Part shown: positions 1 to 8,589 of the stretch, piece after piece
Layout: every line of letters begins with the position of its first letter
Position numbering within the stretch: the first letter of the stretch is position 1
Assembly (NCBI GenBank): GCA_963799335.1
Contig: CAWCWR010000005.1
Location: 75,580 to 99,579, forward strand
DNA from: an uncultured Phycisphaeraceae bacterium
GTDB lineage: Bacteria; Planctomycetota; Phycisphaerae; Phycisphaerales; Phycisphaeraceae
Reading direction: 5' to 3'
Length of the DNA stretch: 24,000 nt
Notes under the pieces: generated by a model
The model's database searches: none
What the model was told of the DNA's origin: nothing
What the model saw: only the letters and a program-made list of their open reading frames with translations
Program-made: the position numbers and the translations under genes

Positions 1-157
1 TCCAACCTCCGGCAGTTAACCGTTTCTCATATAGCGGCCAGGCGGGGTCGAAGGGCTCATTTCCAGAAGGCTGGCCCTATCGATTCGCGGTGAACGAAGG
101 GCCGGGGTGGGCATCAGGGTGGCCACTTGGAAGATACCCGCTTTCAGGCCCAAAAGT

Positions 158-625
158 TCACGCATCCGCGATTGATTTCAGCGCTGCACGGATTGATGAC
201 GTGAGCTGTTTCGCATCGTCGTCGCCCAATTCTCCTGCGGGCCACGAAAATCCGAATCCTTGTGTACTGACCGCGGCCGAATCACGGCCGCTTTGTGACC
301 CATACCTCGGAATGAGATGGAAATGCACGTGCATCACCTCTTGCCCGGCCGCGGTGCCGTTGTTTTGCAACAAGTTGACCCCGTCGCAGCCCGTTGCCGC
401 CTTGACCGCCGCGACCAACCGGGGTAACGCCGCACCTAGTGCCGCGCCCACTTCCGCGGGCACGTCGTCTAACTCGACGTAACGCACCTTGGGGATCAGC
501 AAACAATGCCCCCGCGACACCGGCCCCACATCGAGAAACGCCAATGTGTGCTCGTCCTCGGCAAGACGATGACACGGAATCTCGCCGTTCACGATACGCT
601 CAAAGATGCTGAGTTCCTGGCTCAC
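158..625 (-). CDS. HIT-family (histidine triad) nucleotide hydrolase/transferase, HinT-like, ~155 aa
   Basis: ORF 158..670 (-). Histidine-triad motif HVHFHLIP, plus 'IFERIVNGEIPCHRLAEDEHTLAFLDV' and 'GHCLLIPK', typical of the HIT fold. The first 15 tracked codons are Arg/Pro-rich and overlap the upstream gene. Conserved sequence begins at GTG 625..623, which overlaps the upstream TGA 624..622 (GTGA), so the start is placed at 625. Confidence 0.85.
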   Translation of the reverse strand: MSQELSIFERIVNGEIPCHRLAEDEHTLAFLDVGPVSRGHCLLIPKVRYVELDDVPAEVGAALGAALPRLVAAVKAATGCDGVNLLQNNGTAAGQEVMHVHFHLIPRYGSQSGRDSAAVSTQGFGFSWPAGELGDDDAKQLTSSIRAALKSIADA

Positions 626-3600
626 GGAAGGTCCTGATCGTCGAGGCGTTTCACGGCAACCACGGTCCACTTTCCTTTCGACCGGTCGAACGTGGCGATC
701 AGTCGATATTCGGAGGTCGGGTCGGGGATCAGGTCGCCGTCGGCGTCGCCGTTGAGGGTAAAGTCGCTGCCGGGGTAGGCCCGTACCAAAACGTAGGCGG
801 TATAAACGTCTGACCGCACCGAGACGGTTTGGTTGAGGTAATTAAAGAGCCGGGTCTGTTCTTCCCGGTCGTTGATGAATCGGTCGTCGTCGTCGCCGGG
901 CGAGGTATCGGGGCCGCCGAGGTCGGGTTCATATTCATTGAAGTCCAGGGCTTCATCGGCGGGATCGTACGCGGCGAAGCTGCCCGACGGATCGAAGATC
1001 TCCGTGAGGTAAGCCAGTTGCCCGGGGTTTTGGATTCCCACCGTGTTGAGACGGCGTTCGAGGAAGTCAGTCCCCGTGCCCGGGCTCACCGTTTCCCGCA
1101 AGCCGCGGATCTCCTGGGCGATGGCTTGGTTGGCGGGGGTTCCGCCGTTGGTGTTGACCGTGGGCAGGACGCGGCCCAGGTAGCGCTCGGGCATCGTGTT
1201 GATGTTGGGGCGTCCGGGCACCAGGGCCCGGTTGGTCTCGAGGGTCGTGAATCGCGAGACCAGGTAGCCCGCGTGGGAGATGCACAGGTTCGTGTTGTTG
1301 ACATACGTCGGCGTGCCGCTGCGGTTGTCTTCCAAATCCAGCATCGCGTCTCTGATCGCAAAGCGGTTGGCGGTCGTGGCGCCGAGGAAGTTGCTCCACA
1401 CGTCGGCCACCGTGAGGTGATCCACCGAGGAAAACGGGGCGGTGGCAAAAGGGTCGAGCCTCGGGCCGATCATCACGACACGGAGGATGTCGCCCGTGCG
1501 GTAGAAACGCCCGGCATTGCCGATGATCCACGGCTCATCGCCCGCGGTGAACGTGGCCCCCGCCGCAGCCGACGGCAACACCGCGTCCGGGGCATCGACC
1601 ATCCGGTCGTCGAGATCGATCGAAGCGTCGTTGGGATCGGTAACGACTTTGAGGTAAGCATCGAAGTAAGCCTCCCCGTTGTCGGGTCCCGCGTTGTCGA
1701 TGTTCTGCGGGGCATTGGGCTGGATGGTGGTCGCACCGGCAATCAGATTGGCCTCGGTGGTGGCGTAGTTGAAAATCTCGGATTCATCGGCCCGCACCGT
1801 GGTGGCGGCGATGCCGTTGCCCGTGCCGCGGGCGCTGGATTGGAAATACCCCACCCCCGAAGCGGTGGCGGCATCGCCGGTGCCTTCGGTAAATTCGCTG
1901 ACCCGGTTGCTGATGATGTCTTCGGCACCAAATTTTTGGTACGCCACCCGCTGCCCCACTTCGGTCATGGCTTCCAGCCGCACTTCCACCCGCGGCACCC
2001 AGGTCCACCGGCCAGGCGGCGGTCGGAGTGATGATCCCGATGGTGCCCTCGGCCGTCGCGATCGGGTCGGCCCCGGTGAGGTAGCGGTTCGCATCGGCGG
2101 GGGCAGACGCTTCCCCGTCGTTCTTGACCAGGATCAACACTTCGTAAGGATCGATCGTCGTTTTGCCGGGGAAACCGGCGGCCAAGGTGCCCCAGGAGAG
2201 CGGCGTGGTGGCGGTGCCGTCGTCCACGAAGACCTCGACATCGGGCATCCGGATCGTAAAGGGCCAAGGGTTGACCAATTCGATCGCGGCCCCGTACGCC
2301 TGGGGCACATAATCCCAGGTCACCTGGTCGTTGACCCCGGGCGAAGTGACCGCCGGCCCGGCCTTGGCGTAGCGCGCCTGCACGTAAACTTCGCTGATAA
2401 ACGGGAGGTATTCCATCCCGAAGACGCCGTCCTGGAAATCAAGCTTCACCGCGGGGACGCCGCCGTTGGCATCGGTATCGCGGAAGTCGGTCAGCAAGAC
2501 CGCCACCTGATCCGCGAAGCGTTTTTCGGTGGTCCAGCCCCCGTCGTCATATAGATTGGGCGTGGTGGGATTTGCCCCGAAATTGAAGCCGTCCTGAATC
2601 GCTTCCGAAAGCTCGATCGCGGTGGAGCGGTTGAGATCGATCTGTCCGTGGTTGGCGGAGCCGGAGATGACGGTCAACTGCTTGCGTGGCTCGGCGGTGC
2701 GATTAGTGGGACTGACAAAGTTATAGAAAAAGTTGGGGATCGTGACGAAGCCCGAATCCGGGTAGGCCGTCTCCGCGGGGGGGATGGTGGAGGCCCGGAA
2801 GAGGGCGGTGTCTAAGGCCTCCATCGGCGTGGTGGGGTCGGGGTTGACGTTGTCGCTGGCGCGGTTGAGGCCGCTGCGCCAGCGCAGCTCGATCTCGTCG
2901 ATCCGGGGATTGAAGAAGCTAAAGTTGTTGGTCGGCGGGGTGAAGGTATCGGTCGCGGTGATGACGCCGGACTGTTCGAGTTCCGTGCCGATGGTTTCCC
3001 AGTCGTCGAAGTCTTGCCGGGTGGCGTCGAGCCAAATGCCCAGCCGCTGGGTGAAACCCTGGTCGTTCATGTTGTGGCCCAGGGGCGTGCCGATGCCGGT
3101 GGTGGCGACGTCCAGCGCGGTGACGCTGCCGGTGCCCGCGGTGGTTTTCACGTCCTCGAGGGGATCGTGCAGATCGAGTTCGCCCGGCCACAGCCAGCGG
3201 GGCTGATCGGGGTTGCCCCCGGTGCTGCGGTTAAAGGCCCAGGCGTTGAGATCGATCAGCGCGGAGTTGTCGATGATGCGGACCGCCATGATGAACACCT
3301 GCCCGCCGTTGGAAGGCAGGGGCGCCCAGGTCCAGCGGCTGTCGGCAATGCCGTCGCCGGTGGCGTCGGCAAACAGCCCGAGGTCGCCCGCGGCCGCCAC
3401 GTCCGCCATCGAGGCGGCGGGCACGGTGTAGGCCACGCCGCTGGCTTTGCCGGGCATCGTGGTGACGGGCGATCCGACCGTGCCGTTGGCGGTCGACAGA
3501 TACTGTGCCGGCAGCGGTCGGCCGGCAGCGTCCCGGGGGTTAAGGGTCGTGTCGTGAAGCGGGCTGATATCGCTCAGGTCCAGAAACACGCCCGAGAGGT

Positions 3601-4318
3601 CGGTGATGTGGGGCCAATACTGGTACGACGGCGAACCGATCACGAGATTCGGCTCGATCGACGCCAGCCAGGGGTCGTCGTCCTGCCCGCCGGTGGCAAA
3701 CAGATTACCCGCCGTCGGGATGCTGCCGGCGGTGGGCGGCCCCGCGGCCCGGTCGTAGACCGCGGTCGCCGAGCGGGGCTCGCGTGCCGGCTGATCGTTA
3801 TTCGCCAGATTCGGCACCGGGCCGGGCACCGTGGTGGGAGCAAACCGGTCGGGCACCGTCCGCGGCGCATCATTGGGCCCGCCGAGGGTCGAGCCGTTCT
3901 GCACATTGGCGGGCGTGGGCTTGGAATACGCGATGTCGTAAAACTCGTTGCCGTTGAGCCCCGAGCCGTCGGGGTCCTGGGGGATATCGCCTTCGAGGAT
4001 GGTGCCGATGTAGCGCAGGATCGAGGCGTCCGAGACGTTGGAGCGAGAATCGACCGCCTCCGCGGTGCGGCGGTCCACCCGGGCAATCTGCAGGTACGCC
4101 GCCCCGAGCATGAGCAGCATGATCACGGTGACCAACGCCAGGATCAACGCTGAGCCCCGTCGGCCCGCCGGACGCGGACCCCTCCGACAGCGTCCGTCAG
4201 TTGTCGATACACCCCTGCCGCGGGGAGCGACGGCACACACCGAGTCAGCCCGGCGGGAGAGAATGGGGGGGCAGAAGGGAGAGGGGGGGCAGGGGGGGCA
4301 GGGGGGGCGGGTTGTCAT
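622..4318 (-). CDS. Giant GspK/PilX-like minor pseudopilin (~1,230 aa if read through). The frame switches once (net +1) near 1985-2015, between ORF 1784..4390 and ORF 622..2094
   Basis: Basic leader followed by a hydrophobic helix 'GSALILALVTVIMLLMLGAAYLQIA' that lacks Phe+1/Glu+5, as GspK-type proteins do. 'AVRIIDNSALIDLNAW' (~3240-3290) resembles the GspK I-D-...-N-L-N motif. The C-terminal 'VSVRSDVYTAYVLVRA...EYRLIATFDRSKGKWTVVAVKRL' resembles the GspK/PilX C-terminal pattern. Below ~2000 the upper ORF turns Arg/His/Gly-rich (out-of-frame look), while the lower ORF becomes protein-like ('VEVRLEAMTEVGQRVAYQKFGAED'). The start is uncertain: ATG 4318 is the first ATG, and the tracked TTG 4390 only reads poly-Pro through the C-rich spacer. 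Confidence 0.6.
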
Positions 4319-4386
4319 GGGACAGACCTTTCGCGGGGGATTGCGGGGGGAGCGGGGAGCGGGAGGCGGGGGCGGGGGGGGGGGGG
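4262..4386. repeat. G-tract block (C-tracts on the coding strand): four G7 runs, three of them as a 9-bp tandem GGGGGGGCA-type repeat (4283-4309), then G5, G6 and a G13 homopolymer (4374-4386) abutting the TGA of the upstream gene
   Basis: Read directly: G7 at 4265-4271, 4283-4289, 4292-4298 and 4301-4307; G13 at 4374-4386. Satisfies G3+N1-7 x4 quadruplex patterns on the + strand. Confidence 0.9.
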
Positions 4387-6129
4387 TCAATAAAGACCCT
4401 GCGGCCGGGGGACCGCGACGATGAGTTCAAACCATCGGCCAACTTCGGAATAATCTGTCGCGGTCTGCGGGTCGGTCTGAATCGTGCGGAACTCGCCCCG
4501 GCCGTCCATGAGGCGGAACCGGTAGCGGATGAGGTAAGGCCAGTATTTGCCCGCCCCCTCGATCACGTCCGGGTCGGTGGGCAAAGCGGGGGTCGCGATG
4601 TCGTCGCCGGTGTGGGACCAGACGAAGAGGACATTCTCGACGCCCGGAGCGGGAAAGCCGAGGACCATACCGGACGCGGGGTTGAATTCATAAACGAATG
4701 GATTGGGGATGGTCCCGACGGCAGCGGGATCAAAATTGGCAATCACGGCAGGCGCGGCGTAGGTCACCGGCAGGCGAGGATTCGCGTTGCCGATCCCGTC
4801 GAAGGTGCCGCCGAACGGCGAACCGGTGGTGCTGTCGGGGTTGGCAAAGAAGGGCGCGGTGTACCAGATGACGTCGCCGTTGAGGTCGCGGTCCGGTTCC
4901 CGGTCGGGCAGGCCGTCGGAACCCGAGGCGCTGGCGGCGGCGTCCCAGTCGTCGGCCCAGTCCGCGGCAAACTCGATGGCGAAGTCCGCGATGTGCGGGG
5001 CAAACGCCGCGTGGAGCTTGGCGAATTCGTCGGCCGTGAAAATGCCGCCGCTGAAATCGGTGTCCAGTGAGGTCCGCGCCCGGAGGCGCTGCCCTTGAAG
5101 CGCGTACATCCAGTCGAAGGCTAACCCGGCGTACGTCGCATTCATCAGGCCGCTGGGCGAACCCAGAGCGCTGCCGTAGATGCTTGGGTTGACCGGGGCG
5201 AGGGCGTCATGGGTGGGGGTGCGGAACAGCCCGCGACCGGCGGGGGCCGCGGGGTCTGTGCCGCCGTCGTCGTAAACGCTCAACGTCCCGAGGCTGGTGA
5301 GTTCCAGGGCGTCAGACTCGGCTTCATAGGTCGCCGCTTGGATGCTGGTTCCCTGAGATACACGTCCCACCACGCCGGTGCCGCCCGTGCCGTCGCCCAG
5401 CAGTCCGCCGGGATAAGTCGTCGCGTCGTCGTTCTCCACGATCAGCAGCGCCTGTCGGCCCAGGACCATCTGCGTGGCGAGTTCGTACTCGTTCTCGCCG
5501 CCGGGCCGATCGTTGCCCGGCGAGGCGAGGATGACATCCTCGGGCCAGACGTGGCCGTACCAGATGCGGGCGAAGCGGGCCTTGGCCTGCGAGTCGTACT
5601 GGCGGTCGGTGCCGGGCGTGAGCGATTCCAATCCGCCCGCCTGCCGGAAGAACGCGATCTGATCCGAACGCAGGCCCCTCACATCATTCCCGTTGAACGT
5701 CTCGTCGTTGTTGTAATCCAGAAAATCCGGCCAGGTCCGATTAGTGGCGGGCCCCGCTTCGACGCTGTTGTCGTCGGGGATGGGGTAATGCACGCCGGCA
5801 AACGCCTGCTGGGTGATCGCGAGGAACCCGGGGTTGTTGCTGCCGTACTTCGACAAGAACACGTTCATGTTCTTCATGTCGTTGGTCAACGGCTGCACCA
5901 CGCTGCGCGACTCGGCGATGATCTGACTGGTCTGAATCCCCCGCTGCACGCCCGCCTGGGCATCAAAAAAGATCCGCGCCGCCAACGTCATCATCAACGA
6001 CAAAATACTGATGGCCACCAGCAGTTCGATCAGCGTAAACGCGGCGCGACGACCGGCCGCCACCCCACGCCGACGCCCCCGGGGAGACGGGCTAGGCCGG
6101 GACAGTGGGTAGAGGGAGAGATCGTTCAT
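4387..6129 (-). CDS. Large prepilin-type N-terminal domain protein, 580 aa (GspJ position in the operon); intact
   Basis: ORF 4387..6162 (-). Class III signal-like 'GRRAAFTLIELLVAISILSLMMTLAA' (Phe+1, Glu+5, Ala at -1). The rest is a long Asp/Gly/Thr/Pro-rich secreted-looking domain with no recognisable family. ATG 6129 (MNDLSLYPL...) is preferred over the tracked TTG 6162. AAGG lies 8 nt upstream. Confidence 0.7.
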   Translation of the reverse strand: MNDLSLYPLSRPSPSPRGRRRGVAAGRRAAFTLIELLVAISILSLMMTLAARIFFDAQAGVQRGIQTSQIIAESRSVVQPLTNDMKNMNVFLSKYGSNNPGFLAITQQAFAGVHYPIPDDNSVEAGPATNRTWPDFLDYNNDETFNGNDVRGLRSDQIAFFRQAGGLESLTPGTDRQYDSQAKARFARIWYGHVWPEDVILASPGNDRPGGENEYELATQMVLGRQALLIVENDDATTYPGGLLGDGTGGTGVVGRVSQGTSIQAATYEAESDALELTSLGTLSVYDDGGTDPAAPAGRGLFRTPTHDALAPVNPSIYGSALGSPSGLMNATYAGLAFDWMYALQGQRLRARTSLDTDFSGGIFTADEFAKLHAAFAPHIADFAIEFAADWADDWDAAASASGSDGLPDREPDRDLNGDVIWYTAPFFANPDSTTGSPFGGTFDGIGNANPRLPVTYAAPAVIANFDPAAVGTIPNPFVYEFNPASGMVLGFPAPGVENVLFVWSHTGDDIATPALPTDPDVIEGAGKYWPYLIRYRFRLMDGRGEFRTIQTDPQTATDYSEVGRWFELIVAVPRPQGLY

Positions 6130-6175
6130 GATGAACCTTGGGTCGTGGCCCGGCCGCGTCAAGCCGTGGCCGGAA

Positions 6176-6246
6176 GGGCGGGGGGGGCGGCCGAGGGGGT
6201 GAAAGCGGGGCGGGGCTACAGGGGGAAACGAGGGGGGGCGGGGGGG
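6176..6246. repeat. G-tract block in the intercistronic spacer (poly-C in the mRNA), ending at the TAA of the upstream gene
   Basis: Runs G3, G8 (6180-6187), G5, G4, G4, G5, G7 (6232-6238), G7 (6240-6246). On the minus strand it reads TAACCCCCCCGCCCCCCCTC..., 19/20 identical to the element at 7484-7503. Confidence 0.9.
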
Positions 6247-7363
6247 TTAGTAGTCATTGGAGCGAACGACGGTGTTGGAGAGCAGGCGAATGTCAGCCAG
6301 CGGGGAATCTTGATTCGCCCCGCCGGGCGCCGGCGCCACCCAGATCGCCCGGAGGTCGCGTTCGTTAAGCGGCTCGTAAAGCGTTTCGGAAGCCAGGATC
6401 ATGCGGAACGGAGCCGCGCCATCATTCTGCACCTGGGCCACGCGGAAAATCTTGCCGTTATCGCCCAGTACTTTGTCGCCGGGCTTGACGTAGCCGAACA
6501 GATCGATTGAAGTTTCGACGAGATTGAGATTGCCGGTAACCGGATTAAACGCCGGGATGCGGAAGACCTTGGGGAAGTAGGCGGCGGCGTCGGGATTGGC
6601 GCAAACAATGGGGTCGGCATCGAAGTCGCCGTAGCCGTAGTTGGCGGCGGCGGTGTTGAGGGTATAGACGCCGCTTTCGCGCAGCTGGCTGGGGGGTTGG
6701 AGAATAAAGGCGTAGACGTTCCAGTCGGGAATGATCTCGCTGGCTTCGAGACCCGCCCGCACCAGCGGAACCCAGAACAATTCGCGATCGACGTAGCTGC
6801 CGGCCACCGCCGGCTGAATCGACGGCAGACTCCGAAACGCGACCGGAAAGCGGCCGGCGGCGTAGCGGCCGCCAAGGGTCTCGTAAACGTATGAATCATT
6901 GAGGTCGAGCGAATCCAGCCGCATGTCGGGCGTGTCGCCGACGTCGGTTGGCGTGGGCGTGGTGAAATCCAGAGCTGGTATCGATTTCAGCGAGGGCGAA
7001 GACGTCGTAAGCCGGGTCGGTCAGTCGGTAGTCGTTGGGAACCGAGGTTTCGGCACGGACTTCGTAAGCCGGATAGCCCGCCGGTTGGCTATCAATAAAC
7101 GTGATGAAGTCTAGCAGCGTGGCGTTGTCCAGGCCGACGCCTTCGAGCAGGGCATCGGTGGAGCGGGTGTGGTTCTGGCGCAGTGTTTCCTTGACCGCTT
7201 CCTTTTGCAGGAACGCCGCGGTGGGAAACAGCGACGCGACCGCGACGCTGCCGATCGCCAGGATGCCCAACGCTACAAGAACTTCGTTGAGGGTAAAGCC
7301 GCCGCGGACACGCGGATTGCGTGGCCGGGTGCCGAAAACAAGCGGATGAGGCAGTACGTTCAT
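6247..7363 (-). CDS. Prepilin-type protein with a GspI-like N-terminus, ~371 aa; one net +1 frame break near 6970-6975
   Basis: ORF 6896..7375 carries 'PRVRGGFTLNEVLVALGILAIGSVAVASLFP' (Gly-1, Phe+1, Glu+5). It turns Arg/His-rich after '...FALAEIDTS'. The continuation 'LDFTTPTPTDVGDTPDMRLDSLDLNDSYVYE...' is in the frame of ORF 6247..6924. ATG 7363 is preferred over TTG 7375. Confidence 0.65.
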
Positions 7364-7471
7364 GAGAAGGCTCAATGTCGGAACAAGACCGAAACGGCAG
7401 CAATTACCGGGGTCACCGGGGGAAGCGGGAAATCGAGGACGAGGAAGCGGAGGCGTGGGCGAGGCAACGGC

Positions 7472-7500
7472 GGGCAGGGGGGGGAGGGGGGACGGGGGGG
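7472..7500. repeat. G-tract block (G3, G8, G6, G7) immediately after the TAA of the upstream gene
   Basis: Read directly. The minus strand reads TAACCCCCCCGTCCCCCCTCCCCCCCCTGCCCG. Confidence 0.9.
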
Positions 7501-8518
7501 TTAGCGGGTGAGGTCCTGGCCGGTGTAGCGGTTGAAGAGCAGGATGCGGGCGTAGGTGCCCTGGTCCTGCGCCCAGTTCAGCAGGGCGGCCGATTCTCGC
7601 GGGCCGTAGACCGCCAACTGGTCACGCGGGAACTGCGAGTGCGCTGGCGGGGTAGATTGTTTCCTGGCCGCCGCCGTCGGGGTGAGCAAATTCGCGGGGT
7701 ACCCGTTCGGGCTCCAGCAGCAGCACGCCGGACACGGTTTCGATCGCGCCGAGGGGCAGTTGCACGCGGCCGTCGGCCATGCGTTCCGTGCCGCGATAGC
7801 CATACCGATCCAGGTCGACGGTTCCGCCGAAACCGACGCGGTCCCGGGAGATGTCGTAATTCACCACGTCGAAAGCTTTGGTGCCGCTGCCAAGGGTGGT
7901 CGTGCTGCCGGTCGGGCTGACGTAGACCAGCCGATCCCAGGTCGCGGGGGTGGGCGACGGGTGGATGCCGACGTTGTCGTCGGTGCCCTGGGCGATCGTG
8001 CCGTCGCCGGCAAAACGGATCGCAAAGGGCGGCGGCACGAGTTGGACGTCGTAGTCTCCCGGGCCGGTGCGCACGATGCCCAGGGCCTGGACCCGGCTGG
8101 GGTATCGAGATGTCTTCGAAGTCGGGGATGGGGGAGTAGCCATTGAGCGGGGGAACTTGCAGTTCCAGCCAACCGGCACTGGTCGCGAGCAACGGGTCGT
8201 AGGCGTTCTGGTCGTTGGCCATGATCCGCAGCGTGTTGTCGGGGGAGAACACGACGATCACACCCGAGTAGCCGTCGCCGTTGTCGTCGGCGGTAGCGCA
8301 GGGTGCTGCCGACGGTCCGGGCGGCGACAAAGGATTTGTTCTGCGTGGCGTAGACCCGGGCGGCCGAGAGGGCGTTGGAGACTTGCCCCTGGGCGGCGTT
8401 GATCGCAGTGTTCTGCAGCGATCGTGCTGAGGAATGGGAAGCTGATAGCCACCAAGATGGCGATCATCGAGATGACCACCAGCAACTCGATTAACGAGAA
8501 AGCGCGGACCTGCCGCAT
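7501..8518 (-). pseudogene. Prepilin-type protein (GspH position), ~339 aa when reconstructed; four net +1 frame breaks (~8425, ~8298, ~8096, ~7648)
   Basis: 'MRQVRAFSLIELLVVISMIAILVAISFPFLS' (ORF 8258..8587 frame). This continues as 'ARSLQNTAINAAQGQVSNALSAARVYATQNKSFVAARTVGSTL' (unlisted frame), then 'ATADDNGDGYSGVIVVFSPDNTLRIMANDQNAYDPLLATSAGWLELQVPPLNGYSPIPDFEDISIP' (frame of ORF 7578..9062), then 'RVQALGIVRTGPGDYDVQL...GGGQETIYP' (ORF 7622..8179), and ends with 'AHSQFPRDQLAVYGPRESAALLNWAQDQGTYARILLFNRYTGQDLTR*' (ORF 7501..7803). Confidence 0.55.
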
Positions 8519-8551
8519 TCGCCGGCGGCTCGTCGTTCGGCCAGCGTCGCA

Positions 8552-8582
8552 GGGCGGGGGGGAGATGATGGAGGGAGGGGGG
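8552..8582. repeat. G-tract block (G3, G7, G3, G6) in the spacer between the gspG-like and next pseudopilin genes
   Basis: Read directly: GGGCGGGGGGGAGATGATGGAGGGAGGGGGG. Confidence 0.85.
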
Positions 8583-8589
8583 TACATGC

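Noticed and set aside
4319-4390. Poly-proline N-terminal extension of the K-like ORF (MTPPPPPPPPAPRSP..., tracked start TTG 4390), and the idea of a J-like/K-like fusion by ribosomal slippage at the TGA/C13 junction
   Set aside because: The frame is open here only because a C-rich spacer cannot form stop codons. The 'start' is a TTG overlapping the upstream stop, and there is no slippery heptamer or supporting structure.
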